Source: an uncultured Armatimonadetes bacterium (lineage in GTDB: Bacteria; Armatimonadota; Hebobacteria; Hebobacterales; Hebobacteraceae). From it: a stretch of 64,000 bases of DNA. Shown here in pieces: positions 10,735 through 20,818 of the stretch. The position numbers were made by a program, and so were the translations under genes. The notes under the pieces are model-generated. The model searched no databases and was not told the origin of the DNA. It saw only the letters and a program-made list of their open reading frames with translations. Position 1 is the first letter of the stretch, and every line of letters begins with the position of its first letter. Where the stretch lies: contig OY970296.1 of assembly GCA_963716175.1 (NCBI GenBank), forward strand, positions 4,096,001 through 4,160,000, in the 5' to 3' direction.

Positions 10735-10814
10735 GGCGAGTGCGTTTCCTGCCCGCGCCGGGGCGGCCAGAGGCCAGCTTGCGTCGCGGCCTGGCCAGAG
10801 GGTAGAATAGCAAG

Positions 10815-11291
10815 GTGTGGAAGCATATTACTGGAGTAGTGCTGGCGCTGGCGCTGGCCGGGGGGCTGGCCTGGTGGTTCTTCCACCCCCGGCCGACCGA
10901 CCGCGAACTGGTTGACAACCTGATCGCGAAAGCGGTGCATGGGGTGGAAACAAAGTCGGTGGACGAGATCATGGGCTGTGTCGCCGACGACTATCGAGAC
11001 GGGATCGGGCTGACCCGCACCGACATCTGGCGTGCGGCCAATAGCTGGGTGCGCAATCCCGACCAGGCCCAGGTGGTGATTGACGACTACGTGGTGGACA
11101 TCCAGCCTCCGACCGCGACCGGCAGCTTTGAGGTTAGACTGCTGCTGAACCAGAACAGCCAGTCTCTGGAGTCGGGCCTGCTGCACCTTAGCGTGGAGTT
11201 CGAGCAGCAGAAGCGGCGGTGGCGGAAGGTGTGGCTGGTCAAATCGGTCTCCGGGCCTGAGCTGGGCAAGCTTTTCGAGGACTACATGTGA
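10815..11291 (+). CDS. Membrane-anchored hypothetical protein (possible NTF2-like fold)
   Basis: N-terminal hydrophobic helix; VADDYRD and terminal VWLVKSV patterns; overlaps the start of the next gene. Confidence 0.7.
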   Translation: MWKHITGVVLALALAGGLAWWFFHPRPTDRELVDNLIAKAVHGVETKSVDEIMGCVADDYRDGIGLTRTDIWRAANSWVRNPDQAQVVIDDYVVDIQPPTATGSFEVRLLLNQNSQSLESGLLHLSVEFEQQKRRWRKVWLVKSVSGPELGKLFEDYM

Positions 11292-12214
11292 GCACAGAGG
11301 ACAGCCAGGGCGGGGTCGAGCTTGAGATCGGCGATCCGTACGAGCAGGAACGGGTCATCCGGCACCACGCGCGGATGCAGGCCGAGGACGAGCAGCGCCG
11401 GCACGAGGACATGTCGGTGCAGGCGCGCACGGCCTACCTGTGCATGCGCCTGGGCGATTTCTACATCCGCTGCGGGAAGATAGACCGGGCCTTGGGCGAG
11501 TACAAGCGCGCGGTCAAGATGGATCAGAACAACGCGATCTTCCGGACCCGGCTGGGCGACACCTATGTGCTGAAAGACATGTTCGAGCCGGCGCTCACCC
11601 AGTATCGGCAGGCGATCCGCAGCGACCCCCAGACTCCGGAGCCGCGGGTGAGCCTCGGCGATCTCTATCGGCGCTTCGGCATGAACATTCAGGCCATGGA
11701 GCAGTACCGCGTGGCGGTGAAGGCTGAGCCGAACCGGGCCTACTATCGCTTCAAGCTGGCCGACACGCTGACCGCCGCAGGGCACATGAACGGGGCCATG
11801 GAGGAGCTGCGGCTGACCGTCTCCCTCGCCCCCAACGACGCCTTCTACCGATTCCGCATGGGCGACCTCTGCCTCAAGCTGGGCCGGGTGAGAGAGGCGG
11901 TGCGGGAGCTGAAGGCCGCCGCCCGGCTCGCCCCCTACGATGGGTATTACCTGATCCGGTTCGCCATTGCCTCGCTGGCGGTGGGAGCGGTGGTGGAGGC
12001 GGTTGACGCCCTGCGAGCCGCGCTGCGGACGGAGCCGGGCAATCGCTGCTACCGGGTGCTGCTGGCTGACGCCTACCTGGAGGCCGGGCTGGAGAGTGAA
12101 GCGGTGCGGCTGATGGCGGCGGTGGGCGAGCTGGACAGCTACGAGATGGAGTTCGTCGGTCGCCGGCGACTAGAGCTGAACCGGGCGGAGAACGACGCCG
12201 CCGGACTGGCATGA
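11288..12214 (+). CDS. TPR-repeat protein
   Basis: Repeated LGDxY...A..EY..A...P.N helices. Confidence 0.88.
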   Translation: MSTEDSQGGVELEIGDPYEQERVIRHHARMQAEDEQRRHEDMSVQARTAYLCMRLGDFYIRCGKIDRALGEYKRAVKMDQNNAIFRTRLGDTYVLKDMFEPALTQYRQAIRSDPQTPEPRVSLGDLYRRFGMNIQAMEQYRVAVKAEPNRAYYRFKLADTLTAAGHMNGAMEELRLTVSLAPNDAFYRFRMGDLCLKLGRVREAVRELKAAARLAPYDGYYLIRFAIASLAVGAVVEAVDALRAALRTEPGNRCYRVLLADAYLEAGLESEAVRLMAAVGELDSYEMEFVGRRRLELNRAENDAAGLA

Positions 12215-12840
12215 ATGTCGCCACCCTCACCCTCGGGCCCATCGCCACCAACTGCTACCTGGTCTGGCAAGAGGGCCTGAGCCCGGCCCTGCTGGTGGAC
12301 TGCGCGGGTGACTCCGACGAAATCCAGCAAGCCGCCCAAGCGCGCGAGCTGCAGATCCGGCTGATCGTCATCACCCACGCCCATGCCGATCACTTCGATG
12401 CCCTGGCCGCAGTGAAGAAGCAGACCGGGGCCGCGGTGGCCATCCACGAGTTGGAGGCGCCACTGCTGGCCGACCCCACGCGCAATCTCACCGCCATGCT
12501 GGGCTATCCGAACCAACCGCTGGCGGCAGAACGGTTGCTTCACGAGGCCGATGTGATTCGCCTGGAGGGGAGCGAGATCGCGCTCACCGTGCTGCACACC
12601 CCAGGCCACACCCCAGCGAGCATATGCCTGCTGGGCAAGGGAGTGCTGTTCTCTGGCGACTGCCTCTTCGCCGGGGGCATTGGCCGGATGGACCTCCCCG
12701 GCGCGGACGAGCGGGCGATGGCAGCCTCCCTGGCGCGACTGATGAAGCTCGACCCTGATCTCACCGTCTACCCAGGCCACGGCCCCGCCACCACCATCGG
12801 GGAGGAGGGGAAGAGCAACCCGTGGGTGAGAGGGCTGTAG
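12211..12840 (+). CDS. MBL-fold metallo-hydrolase (glyoxalase II-like)
   Basis: THAHADH, HTPGHT, FSGDCLF, VYPGHG. Confidence 0.93.
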   Translation: MNVATLTLGPIATNCYLVWQEGLSPALLVDCAGDSDEIQQAAQARELQIRLIVITHAHADHFDALAAVKKQTGAAVAIHELEAPLLADPTRNLTAMLGYPNQPLAAERLLHEADVIRLEGSEIALTVLHTPGHTPASICLLGKGVLFSGDCLFAGGIGRMDLPGADERAMAASLARLMKLDPDLTVYPGHGPATTIGEEGKSNPWVRGL

Positions 12841-12887
12841 CCCCAGCCGGAGGTGTGATCCTCTTCTTTCGGTCCCGCGGGCCGTGT

Positions 12888-13074
12888 GTAGGGCGGGCAT
12901 GTCCTGATCCTACGAAGCCCTTGGCAAAATAGGACCCATACCCGCCGGCCGTTGCCGTTCTGTAGGGCGGCCATGCGAAGTCCGCCGGAGGCGGACAAGC
13001 ATCGCCGCCGAGCCTTCCGTCCCGTAGGGGAGCCCCCGAGTCCACCCTGAGCGGAGCCGAAGGGCCGGCCCCCC
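12888..13074. repeat. Cluster of three GTAG-headed REP-like units with loop insertions
   Basis: GTAGGGCGGGCATG at 12888, GTAGGGCGG at 12962, GTAGGGG at 13024; shares the linker CCGCCGGCCGTTGCCnTTCTGTAGGGCGG with the 464-534 cluster. Confidence 0.75.
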
Positions 13075-13105
13075 TGGCTTGGTCGTATGGTATAATGTGC
13101 CGCGA

Positions 13106-13177
13106 GGGCCCGTAGCTCAGTGGCAGAGCAGGCGGCTCATAACCGCTCGGTCGCAGGTTCGAATCCTGCCGGGCCCA
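13106..13177 (+). tRNA. tRNA with CAT anticodon, probably tRNA-Ile2 (lysidine); elongator Met possible
   Basis: Acceptor GGGCCCG/CGGGCCC, D-arm, anticodon loop CTCATAA, GGTTCGAATCC T-arm; CCA not fully encoded; TGGTATAAT at 13088-13096. Confidence 0.92.
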
Positions 13178-13246
13178 CCGGCCCGCTGCGCTCTTCTCCG
13201 CTGACTCGCGATAGGCGCGGGCCGGGGCCGCGGCGAAATCATCCAC

Positions 13247-14344
13247 ATGCGCTCCATCACGCTGCTCGCGTTGTGCCTGCTCGTCTGCGGCCTGGCCGCC
13301 GGCCAGGAGAACCCTCCGGCCGGCCTCCAGGTGGTGTATGCGCTGACGGCGACGACGCAGAAGCAGATGCTCAGCGCCATCTACGCCTACGAGCCGGCCT
13401 CCGGGCTGCGCTCTCTCCTCTACCGAGACACCCCGGAGGGGAGCCGGCTGCTCCTCAAGATGGGCGGGTCCGACCTCCAGGGAGTGGCGCGCGCCATTCC
13501 GCCCGGGGATGTCTACGGGGTAATGGGCCCGACTACCGCGCCCGGCGGCCCAGCTCCGAGCGACGCGCTCAGCCGAATTCGCCTCAGCGAGCAGGGGGGC
13601 AAGCCACCAATCCCGGAGCGCGTGTTCCCACTGCCGCTCTGTTTCAGCCTCGCATCGGCCTACGGGCTGTGGAACCGGGCGCCAGTTTTCGCGGTTTCCC
13701 CGGATGCCACCCGCTTCGCAGTCTATGCCCTGCGCGTGGGCGAGGTCCGGCTGGACCGCCCCACCATCCGACTCCTCTCCGCCAGCGGGGCTGAGGAATG
13801 GCGGATCCCTCTCGATCATCCCGACCTCTACGTCGCCGATCTCGCCTTCTCGCCAGATGGCGGATCGCTGGCCTACAGCGTCATGCCCCAGGGCGATGAG
13901 CACACCCTGGACGAGGCCCTTCTGCCCAAGGCCGGGGTCTACCTGGCCGACATCGCAGCCCGCACCACCCGCCAGCTCTACCCTGGCTTCGTGGACGCCG
14001 TCGCCTGGGGGCCCAGGCCCGATCAGATCACCGCCGCCGCCCGGGTCGGCGATTTCTGGAGCACGCGCTACATCGGGCTGGTGCTCGTCCTGCCCCTTGG
14101 GCGGAAGGTGAGGGAGTTCTCGCTCCGGGGCGCAGTGACCGCGCTCGCCTACTCGGATGACGGCGAGTGGCTGGCGGTAGCCGCCCATTACCAGAGGGCC
14201 GAGCGGATCTGGATCTACCCGGTGAGCGGCGGATGGGGCCAGCAGGCGAAGATCGAGCCGCAGAGCGGAGAACGCATCGCCTTGCTGGGCTGGGCGCGAC
14301 TCGCGCTACAAACGAGGGCCGAAAGTGCGCCTGCCAGGCCATAG
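13247..14344 (+). CDS. Secreted hypothetical protein, TolB/WD40-like beta-propeller
   Basis: Signal peptide; repeated AVSPDA, AFSPDG, AWGP, AYSDDG blade motifs. Confidence 0.75.
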   Translation: MRSITLLALCLLVCGLAAGQENPPAGLQVVYALTATTQKQMLSAIYAYEPASGLRSLLYRDTPEGSRLLLKMGGSDLQGVARAIPPGDVYGVMGPTTAPGGPAPSDALSRIRLSEQGGKPPIPERVFPLPLCFSLASAYGLWNRAPVFAVSPDATRFAVYALRVGEVRLDRPTIRLLSASGAEEWRIPLDHPDLYVADLAFSPDGGSLAYSVMPQGDEHTLDEALLPKAGVYLADIAARTTRQLYPGFVDAVAWGPRPDQITAAARVGDFWSTRYIGLVLVLPLGRKVREFSLRGAVTALAYSDDGEWLAVAAHYQRAERIWIYPVSGGWGQQAKIEPQSGERIALLGWARLALQTRAESAPARP

Positions 14345-14415
14345 CCATTCGCCATCGCCGGGCATCCGGGGTAATATCAGGCTGGGAAGCGGTTCTCCGA
14401 ACTGGATATAAGGCC

Positions 14416-15369
14416 ATGGCAACCCCGCACAGCCACATGAGCGAGTCGCCGCACCAGTTCTCCACTGCGCGGGCATCGGAACCCACCAGAAGGCGGCTGC
14501 TTTTCGCCATCGGGCTCACCGTCATCGTGCTGGCAGCCGAGGTGGCGGGAGGCCTCTGGTCGGGCAGCCTGGCCCTGCTCAGCGATGCCGCCCACGTTTT
14601 CACAGACCTGGTCTCTCTCGCTCTCAGCCTGGGCGCCATCGTGATCGCCTCTCGGCCGGTGAGCAAGGAGCATACCTTTGGCTGGCACCGGGCCGAGGTG
14701 TTCGCCGCGCTGATCAACGGGCTGCTGCTCCTGTTCATCTCGGGCGAGCTGCTGCGGGCGGCCTATCTCCGCCTGCACCATCCCCCGCAAGTGAAGGTAG
14801 AGGGGATGCTGATCATCGCGGTGGCGGGCCTGATCGCCAATGGCGTGATCGCCCTTCGCTTGCGCGGGCATACGCACAATGATCTGAATGTCCGCAGCGC
14901 CTACCTGCACGTGCTGGCCGACTTGGGGGGCAGTGTCGGCGTGGTGGTGGCGGCCGGCGTCATGATGGTCACCGGCTGGTACCTTGCTGACCCGGTGATC
15001 AGCATCTTCATCACCCTGCTCATTCTTCTGGGCTCGCTCCACCTGCTCCGCGAAACCGCCCACATCCTGCTCGAGGGTGTGCCCGCGGGCGTGGATCTCG
15101 AGGCGGTGGCAGAGGCGGTGCGGTCCGTGCCAGGCGTGCTCGCCATCCACGATCTTCACATCTGGACCATCTGCTCCAATCTCCTGGCGCTCAGCGTCCA
15201 CGCCACAGTCGGGGACTGCCCGGCCGAGGAGCGGGACCGGATCGTGTGCGAGATCACGGAGCGGCTGAGCAAGCAGTTCGACATCGCCGAGACCACAGTG
15301 CAGACGGAGAGCATCCCGTGCCGCACGGACGAGCTCATCCACATCGTGCCCCATCGCCGCGAGTTCTGA
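14416..15369 (+). CDS. czcD: Cation diffusion facilitator (CzcD/ZitB-like)
   Basis: SGSLALLSDAAH, TFGWHRAE, LNVRSAYLHVLAD, HDLHIWTI. Confidence 0.9.
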   Translation: MATPHSHMSESPHQFSTARASEPTRRRLLFAIGLTVIVLAAEVAGGLWSGSLALLSDAAHVFTDLVSLALSLGAIVIASRPVSKEHTFGWHRAEVFAALINGLLLLFISGELLRAAYLRLHHPPQVKVEGMLIIAVAGLIANGVIALRLRGHTHNDLNVRSAYLHVLADLGGSVGVVVAAGVMMVTGWYLADPVISIFITLLILLGSLHLLRETAHILLEGVPAGVDLEAVAEAVRSVPGVLAIHDLHIWTICSNLLALSVHATVGDCPAEERDRIVCEITERLSKQFDIAETTVQTESIPCRTDELIHIVPHRREF

Positions 15370-15492
15370 TCCACAGGTGGCCCGGCTAGACCCCAGGGTC
15401 TGTTGCTGAATTGGACGCCTCAGGGCGAGAAGGTCCGAGGAGGCATGGCGGGCCCGGAGAAGAGGCGGTTATCACCTTCATGGGAGGTGCCC

Positions 15493-16557
15493 GTGAGAAT
15501 CCTGGCTTTGGCCCTGCTGGTGCTGGCGGCATGTGGGACGGCCTATACGGCGGGAGGAGGCGCCTCCGCTCCGCCGGAGTTGCTGGCCGCGCAGGAGGCG
15601 CTGAAGCAGAACCTTGCCCTCGGAGCTGCTCTCGACGGGCGATCTGCCACGTCTGAGCAGGCAGATGAGGCCACCCAGCTCGTGGAAGACGGCCTGGCGA
15701 AAGCTCGCGCTTATGCCACGCAGCAGCCGCGAGCCGCAGAGGCCCACCACCTGATCGGCCTCTTCCTGCTGTTCGCCTATCGGCCGGTTAAGTCCGGGTC
15801 CGCCTCCGTCACTGACAGCAAGACCGGCCAGGTGAGCCAGACCACGCTCACCGTCCTGCGCCTTGGTGGCAAGGAGGCCTGCGAAGAGGGCCTGGCAGAG
15901 CTGCGGACCGCGGCGAGACTCGACGCCGGTGATGTCGGCATCCAGCTCGACTACGCCGAGGCCCTGCAGCAGTGCGACCAGGCGAAGCATTCCGGCAACC
16001 TGCTCTCTGCGCTCTGGCAGCGCAGGACCGGCCTCACCGGAGCGCAGCGGGCGCGGGCGGCGCGTCTCGCAGCCCAGGCCTACCGAGCCCAGAACCAACC
16101 CGGGGACGAGGTGCGCTGGCTGCACGAGGTGCTGGCGAGCGACCCCAAGGACGAGGCGGCGCGGCAGCGGCTGGCTGAGCTCGCCCCCGCCTCCGGCTCT
16201 GCCATCGCCTGGGAGAGCTACCAGGTCGGCATGAACCAGAGGCGGCCGGTGATGATGGACTTCATGGCCGAGTGGTGCGGATGGTGCAAGAAGCTGGACA
16301 AGGAGGTCTACACCGACCCCGAGGTGCTGAAGGTCAGCAGGCAGTTCTCATGCATCAAAGTAGATGGCGATCGGAACCGGGAGCTGGTGCGCAGCTATCG
16401 CGTGGATGGCTACCCGACTATCGTCTTCCTGGACGCGAGCGGAAAGGAAGTCCATCGCGTGGTCGGCTACCGGCCGGCCCAGGCCTTCCTGGCCGAGATG
16501 CAGAAAGCTCTGGCGGCTAACGCGCCGTTACCGAAATCTGGAGGTGGGAGGCGATGA
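15493..16557 (+). CDS. Exported TPR-like protein with C-terminal thioredoxin domain
   Basis: Signal/lipobox-like LAAC; MDFMAEWCGWCKKL and cis-Pro loop GYPT. Confidence 0.82.
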   Translation: MRILALALLVLAACGTAYTAGGGASAPPELLAAQEALKQNLALGAALDGRSATSEQADEATQLVEDGLAKARAYATQQPRAAEAHHLIGLFLLFAYRPVKSGSASVTDSKTGQVSQTTLTVLRLGGKEACEEGLAELRTAARLDAGDVGIQLDYAEALQQCDQAKHSGNLLSALWQRRTGLTGAQRARAARLAAQAYRAQNQPGDEVRWLHEVLASDPKDEAARQRLAELAPASGSAIAWESYQVGMNQRRPVMMDFMAEWCGWCKKLDKEVYTDPEVLKVSRQFSCIKVDGDRNRELVRSYRVDGYPTIVFLDASGKEVHRVVGYRPAQAFLAEMQKALAANAPLPKSGGGRR

Positions 16558-17477
16558 AGCTCTCTTGCTGGGCGATGGGACTGATCCTTCTGACCGGGCT
16601 GGCCTGCGCAGGCGCGGCCGCTCCCCCCAAGCAGCCGGCTTCGGTGGCGGCGGGGATGCACGACTTCGACCGCAATACCACCCTGGGAGGGGAGCTGACC
16701 GGCCGCCCTGGGACGAAGCAGGAACTGGCGCAACTGCAGGCCCTGGCCGACCGCGGCCTGAACACAGCGCGGAAGCTGGTGGCGGCCGATCCCAAGTCGG
16801 CGGACGCCCAGTACCTGCTGGGCAGTTGGCTGATCTACGGCTATGGCGTGGTCCCGAGTGAAGAGACCTACACCAATGAGGACGGCGAGACCGAGGTGCA
16901 GCAAGTGCAGCAGGTCGTGGTGGGGCTCAGCGAGGATCCTCAGGAGGGATTGGATGCCCTGCAGAAGGCCGCCGCGCTGGCTCCCAACCGGGGCGACTAC
17001 ACCCTCGATTACGCCGCCGCACTGCTGGACACCGATCACCCGGATGAAGCGATAGCCGTGTTGAAGACAGCCTGGGCGGGACAGCCAGAGCTGACCCCGG
17101 CCGAGAAGATGCGGGCCGGGCTCATGGTGAGCGATGCGCTGGCGGGGCAAGGTCTGCTGTCACAAGCCCGCGAGTGGATCTATGCCGCCCTCCTGGTGAA
17201 CCCGGACAACGTCGAGGCGGTCAGGCGGCTGCGGCTGCTCGATGCCGGCCTGGTGCCGGCCGAAGCTCCGCCCGCCGCCGAGGCCTTCCCTGAAGCCCCG
17301 GCCCCCGAAGAGGAAGTGGCTCCAGAGGGCCCCGAGGCAGCCCCAGAGGAAGTCGCTCCGGAAGCGCCGGCGGAGCCGGGCGAGGAAGCGGCGCCCCCGG
17401 CGGCCGAGGAGCCATCCGAGGAGTACGCACCGGAGTCGGATGAGGAGGCCCCTGAAGAAGCTGCGCCGGAGAATTAG
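16554..17477 (+). CDS. Exported TPR-like protein with acidic Glu/Pro/Ala tail; paralogue of the preceding N-domain
   Basis: Signal peptide; alignable by eye with 15493-16200; ATGA overlap. Confidence 0.78.
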   Translation: MKLSCWAMGLILLTGLACAGAAAPPKQPASVAAGMHDFDRNTTLGGELTGRPGTKQELAQLQALADRGLNTARKLVAADPKSADAQYLLGSWLIYGYGVVPSEETYTNEDGETEVQQVQQVVVGLSEDPQEGLDALQKAAALAPNRGDYTLDYAAALLDTDHPDEAIAVLKTAWAGQPELTPAEKMRAGLMVSDALAGQGLLSQAREWIYAALLVNPDNVEAVRRLRLLDAGLVPAEAPPAAEAFPEAPAPEEEVAPEGPEAAPEEVAPEAPAEPGEEAAPPAAEEPSEEYAPESDEEAPEEAAPEN

Positions 17478-17599
17478 GGCCCCGAGCAGGAGGACAGCGG
17501 CAGTCTCGGCGGTGATACACTGCCGCAGATGCTGGGCGAGGAATAGCGCGCCTGAGGGCGAACCGGGACGATAGCGGGCTGCGTACCGGAGCGACGACG

Positions 17600-18295
17600 A
17601 TGGTGATCACGGTCTCCCGAGAGGCCGAATCCGGCGGAGAAGAGCTGGCGCGCCTGGTGGCCGAACGGCACGGCCTCCAGCTAGCCGATCGGGCGATCCT
17701 GGAGCGCATCGCCCAGCAGGAAGGCACTCCGGCGGCCCACCTGAGCGTTTTCGATGAGACCGTGCCGGGAACGATCGAGGCCCTGATCGCTGAGTGGCAG
17801 ACCTCCATCAGCCAGACCGTCTACTTGCGGCACCTCGTGCATTTGCTGGCGCTGCTCGAGCGCGAGGATAACGTCGTGATCATGGGGCGCGGCGGGGCCT
17901 TCGTGCTCACGAATCCGGGCACGCTCCATATCCGCGTGGTCGCCCCCATGCCCTGCCGCGTCGCCCGCCTGGTGCAGAGAGGTGTGCCGCGCACGGAGGG
18001 GGAGCGGCTGCTGCGGCGCAGCGACTCCGAGCGGGCGAAATTCGTGCGGCAGACCTTCGATGCCGACATCGAGTCACCCACCCACTATGACCTGGTAATC
18101 AACACCGCCGAGCTTTCCGCCGAGGCCGGGGCCGAGATCGTTGGCCTCGCCGCCCTGCGCAAGGCGACGCGGCGGGTGGCGGCCGGGGCCTCAGAGGACT
18201 TCCTCAGCCACCTTTCGCGCTTGCGGCGCCGACCGCGCCTACCCCGGGTGAGTGAGATCACCTGGGAGCGCTGCCGGCGTCGCGTGCAGTGGTAG
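17600..18295 (+). CDS. Cytidylate kinase-like family protein
   Basis: VITVSREAESGG, VVIMGRGG, HYDLVINT. Confidence 0.85.
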   Translation: MVITVSREAESGGEELARLVAERHGLQLADRAILERIAQQEGTPAAHLSVFDETVPGTIEALIAEWQTSISQTVYLRHLVHLLALLEREDNVVIMGRGGAFVLTNPGTLHIRVVAPMPCRVARLVQRGVPRTEGERLLRRSDSERAKFVRQTFDADIESPTHYDLVINTAELSAEAGAEIVGLAALRKATRRVAAGASEDFLSHLSRLRRRPRLPRVSEITWERCRRRVQW

Positions 18296-18310
18296 CGCCG
18301 CGCCGTCGGC

Positions 18311-19384
18311 TCACCCGATCAGGCCGGGCACGGCGCGGGCCTGTTGCGCCGCGTGGTAGGCGGCATCCAGGAAGTCCTCGGGTTCTCCGCTCCTATCCAC
18401 CACGCCCATGATGAGTCGCACCTCCGCTGGCAGCTCGCCGGACGCGTTCAGATCATTGATCTGCCCCCTGACGCGCGCCAGGGCGATCATCGCCTCCGGG
18501 CGCGAAGTCTCGGGGAAGAGCAGGGCGAACTCGTCTCCCCCGACCCGCGCCACCAAGTCAGTCTGCCTGACAGTGGAGGCGAGGCATTGGGCGACGCTGC
18601 GCAGCACGGCGTCACCAGTGTCGTGCCCAAACTCATCGTTCACGCTGTGGAAGCCCTCGATGTCCAGCACCGCCACCGACAAGGTGCGCTTGTAGCGCCG
18701 CACTCGCAGCACCTCTGCCTCCAGAACGGCGCAGAACCGCCGCCGGTTGGCCACTCCGGTCACCGGGTCAATGGTCACATGCTCCTGAATCCACCGGCTC
18801 TGCTCGCGGATGCGCTCGGCCAGGCGCAGATTGCGCCGCCGCGTGGCCGCCAGCGTGCCGGCTACGGAGGCCAGTACCGAGATTCCGGCTGCCGCGCTTT
18901 CCATTTCCGCGTGGGACCGCCGGTCCAGCCGGGCCAGGAACGCGAGCCCTTCCTCCGCCTCCCCGGGCTGCTCCTCCCCGGTGGGCCCGAGGCCCACGCA
19001 TTCGCCCTCCAGGCTCACCTGCGCAGTCACCAGGTAGCCCAGGGTTTCGCCAGCTGCGCGCACGGGAGCTGCGGCGTCAGCCAGGCCTAACGGGCAGATG
19101 TGGACCAAGGAGCTGAGTCTGAGCGTTTCTCCGTCGGCCTCGGCGAGCCGTTCCAACTGCTCGCAGCGGCCGCACTCCAGGCAGGGACGAGACAGGGTGA
19201 CGGTGCGGGTGAACCAACGGCAGAAGTCCGATAGATCCTCACAAGCGGCGAGCGGCCAACCGGCGGCATGAACGAACAGGATCGGTAGGCCCAGCGCGCC
19301 GCTGAAACTATCTTGCACCTCTTGCAGGTTGTCCGGCCACAAGCGTTCGGCCAGATCCTCGCATCTGCGCCCCATTGCTTTCAC
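18311..19384 (-). CDS. PocR-sensor diguanylate cyclase
   Basis: PocR-like SDFC...C...HICPLGL...GYLVTAQV; DPVTGVANRR, NDEFGH, ARVGGDEF. Confidence 0.87.
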   Translation of the reverse strand: MKAMGRRCEDLAERLWPDNLQEVQDSFSGALGLPILFVHAAGWPLAACEDLSDFCRWFTRTVTLSRPCLECGRCEQLERLAEADGETLRLSSLVHICPLGLADAAAPVRAAGETLGYLVTAQVSLEGECVGLGPTGEEQPGEAEEGLAFLARLDRRSHAEMESAAAGISVLASVAGTLAATRRRNLRLAERIREQSRWIQEHVTIDPVTGVANRRRFCAVLEAEVLRVRRYKRTLSVAVLDIEGFHSVNDEFGHDTGDAVLRSVAQCLASTVRQTDLVARVGGDEFALLFPETSRPEAMIALARVRGQINDLNASGELPAEVRLIMGVVDRSGEPEDFLDAAYHAAQQARAVPGLIG

Positions 19385-19506
19385 CTCGATGGGAGGGGCC
19401 TGGCCTGCTCACCTAGCAGGCTATTCCACGTTTTCTGGGCCTGCGAGGCGGGATGGGCGACGGCCGTCAGCATGCACGCGGCCAATCACGCGACACAAAC
19501 TGACGT

Positions 19507-19535
19507 TTGACAACGCCCCCCGGCTGTGCTAATCT
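19507..19535 (+). promoter_or_regulatory. Sigma70-type promoter of the radical SAM gene
   Basis: TTGACA-17 nt-TAATCT. Confidence 0.6.
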
Positions 19536-19545
19536 CTCGCCGGGA

Positions 19546-20749
19546 ATGACGATGGCCGCCTCCCTCGACGAAAAGCTCGCCCTCCTCTCCGCGGCCGCGG
19601 AGTTCGACATCTGCACCTCTTGCGGCACGCGCGCTGGCTACCAGTTCGCGCCCTCCATCACCCGCCTCTACCTTCCCAACGGCGGCGCTCTCTCTGTGCT
19701 GAAGATCCTGATGACCGATGCCTGCCACTATGACTGCTACTACTGCGCGAACCGGGCAGAGCGGCGCCGTCGCCGCCACTCCTTCCGGCCCGGAGGAGCT
19801 GGCCAACGCTTTCCGCGAGCTGCACCATCGAGGCCTGGCGAGTGGGCTCTTCCTCAGCTCCGGGATTCACGGTTCCGCGGCCGAGACCATGGAGAGGATG
19901 ATCGCGGCGGCGGAGATGGTGCGGGAGAGGGATCGCTTCCGCGGCTATCTGCATCTGAAGATCCTCCCGGGCGCCCCCTATCAGGCCGTGGCGCGGGCGG
20001 TGGAGCTGGCCGATCGCGTATCGGTCAACATGGAGGCCCCCAGCCAGAAAGCCCTCAGTCTGCTCTCCGGCAGAAAGAGAACCGCCGAAGACGTGATCAC
20101 CCGTATGCACTGGATTCGTCAGGCCGCCGACCGGGCTGGACCCGGCGCGCTCCGGTCAGGTCAGACCACGCAGTTCATCGTTGGAGCCGCAGGTGAGTCG
20201 GACCGGGAGGTCCTCACCGCCAGCGAAGGGCTGCGCCGCAGCGTCGGCCTACGCCGCGCCTACTTCTCGGCCTTCCGCCCGGTGCCCGACACCCCGCTGG
20301 AGGGTGAGCCGCCCACTCCTCCTCTCCGCCAGCACCGGCTCTACCAGGCGGATTGGCTGCTGCGCTGCTATGGCTTCGATTTCTCCGACCTGCCCTTCGA
20401 CCAGCAGGGCCGCCTGCCGCTGGGCCTCGACCCCAAGCTGGGCTTCGCCCTCCGCCACCCTGAGTGCTTCCCGGTCGAGGTCAACCGCGCCTCCCGGCAG
20501 GAGCTGCTGCACGTTCCCGGCATTGGGGTGCGTTCGGCCGACCGCATCCTGGCCGCCCGGCGCCAGGGCCGGCTCACCTCGCTCGACGACCTGCGCAACC
20601 TTGGAGCGGTCACCCGTCGCGCCGCCCCGTTCCTGCTCGTGAACGGGCGGCGGGAAGGCCCAAGCAGCGCCCCGCGAGAGGGTCGTGCGGCCGCAGAGCA
20701 GATGGAGCTGAGCCTATCCCCCCCCTCCGCCTCCGCGGCGGCGGTATGA
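19546..20749 (+). CDS. Putative DNA modification/repair radical SAM protein with HhH (frameshift near 19790)
   Basis: LKILMTDACHYDCYYC, GLFLSSG, GYLHLKILPGA, GQTTQFIVG, RQHRLYQADWLLRCYGF, FPVEVNRA...VPGIG. Confidence 0.85.
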
Positions 20750-20818
20750 GGCCTCCAGCCGCCAGGCGGGCAGGGCTGGTGGGCCCAGCGTGGAACCTGC
20801 TACCTGAGGGATCGGCAA

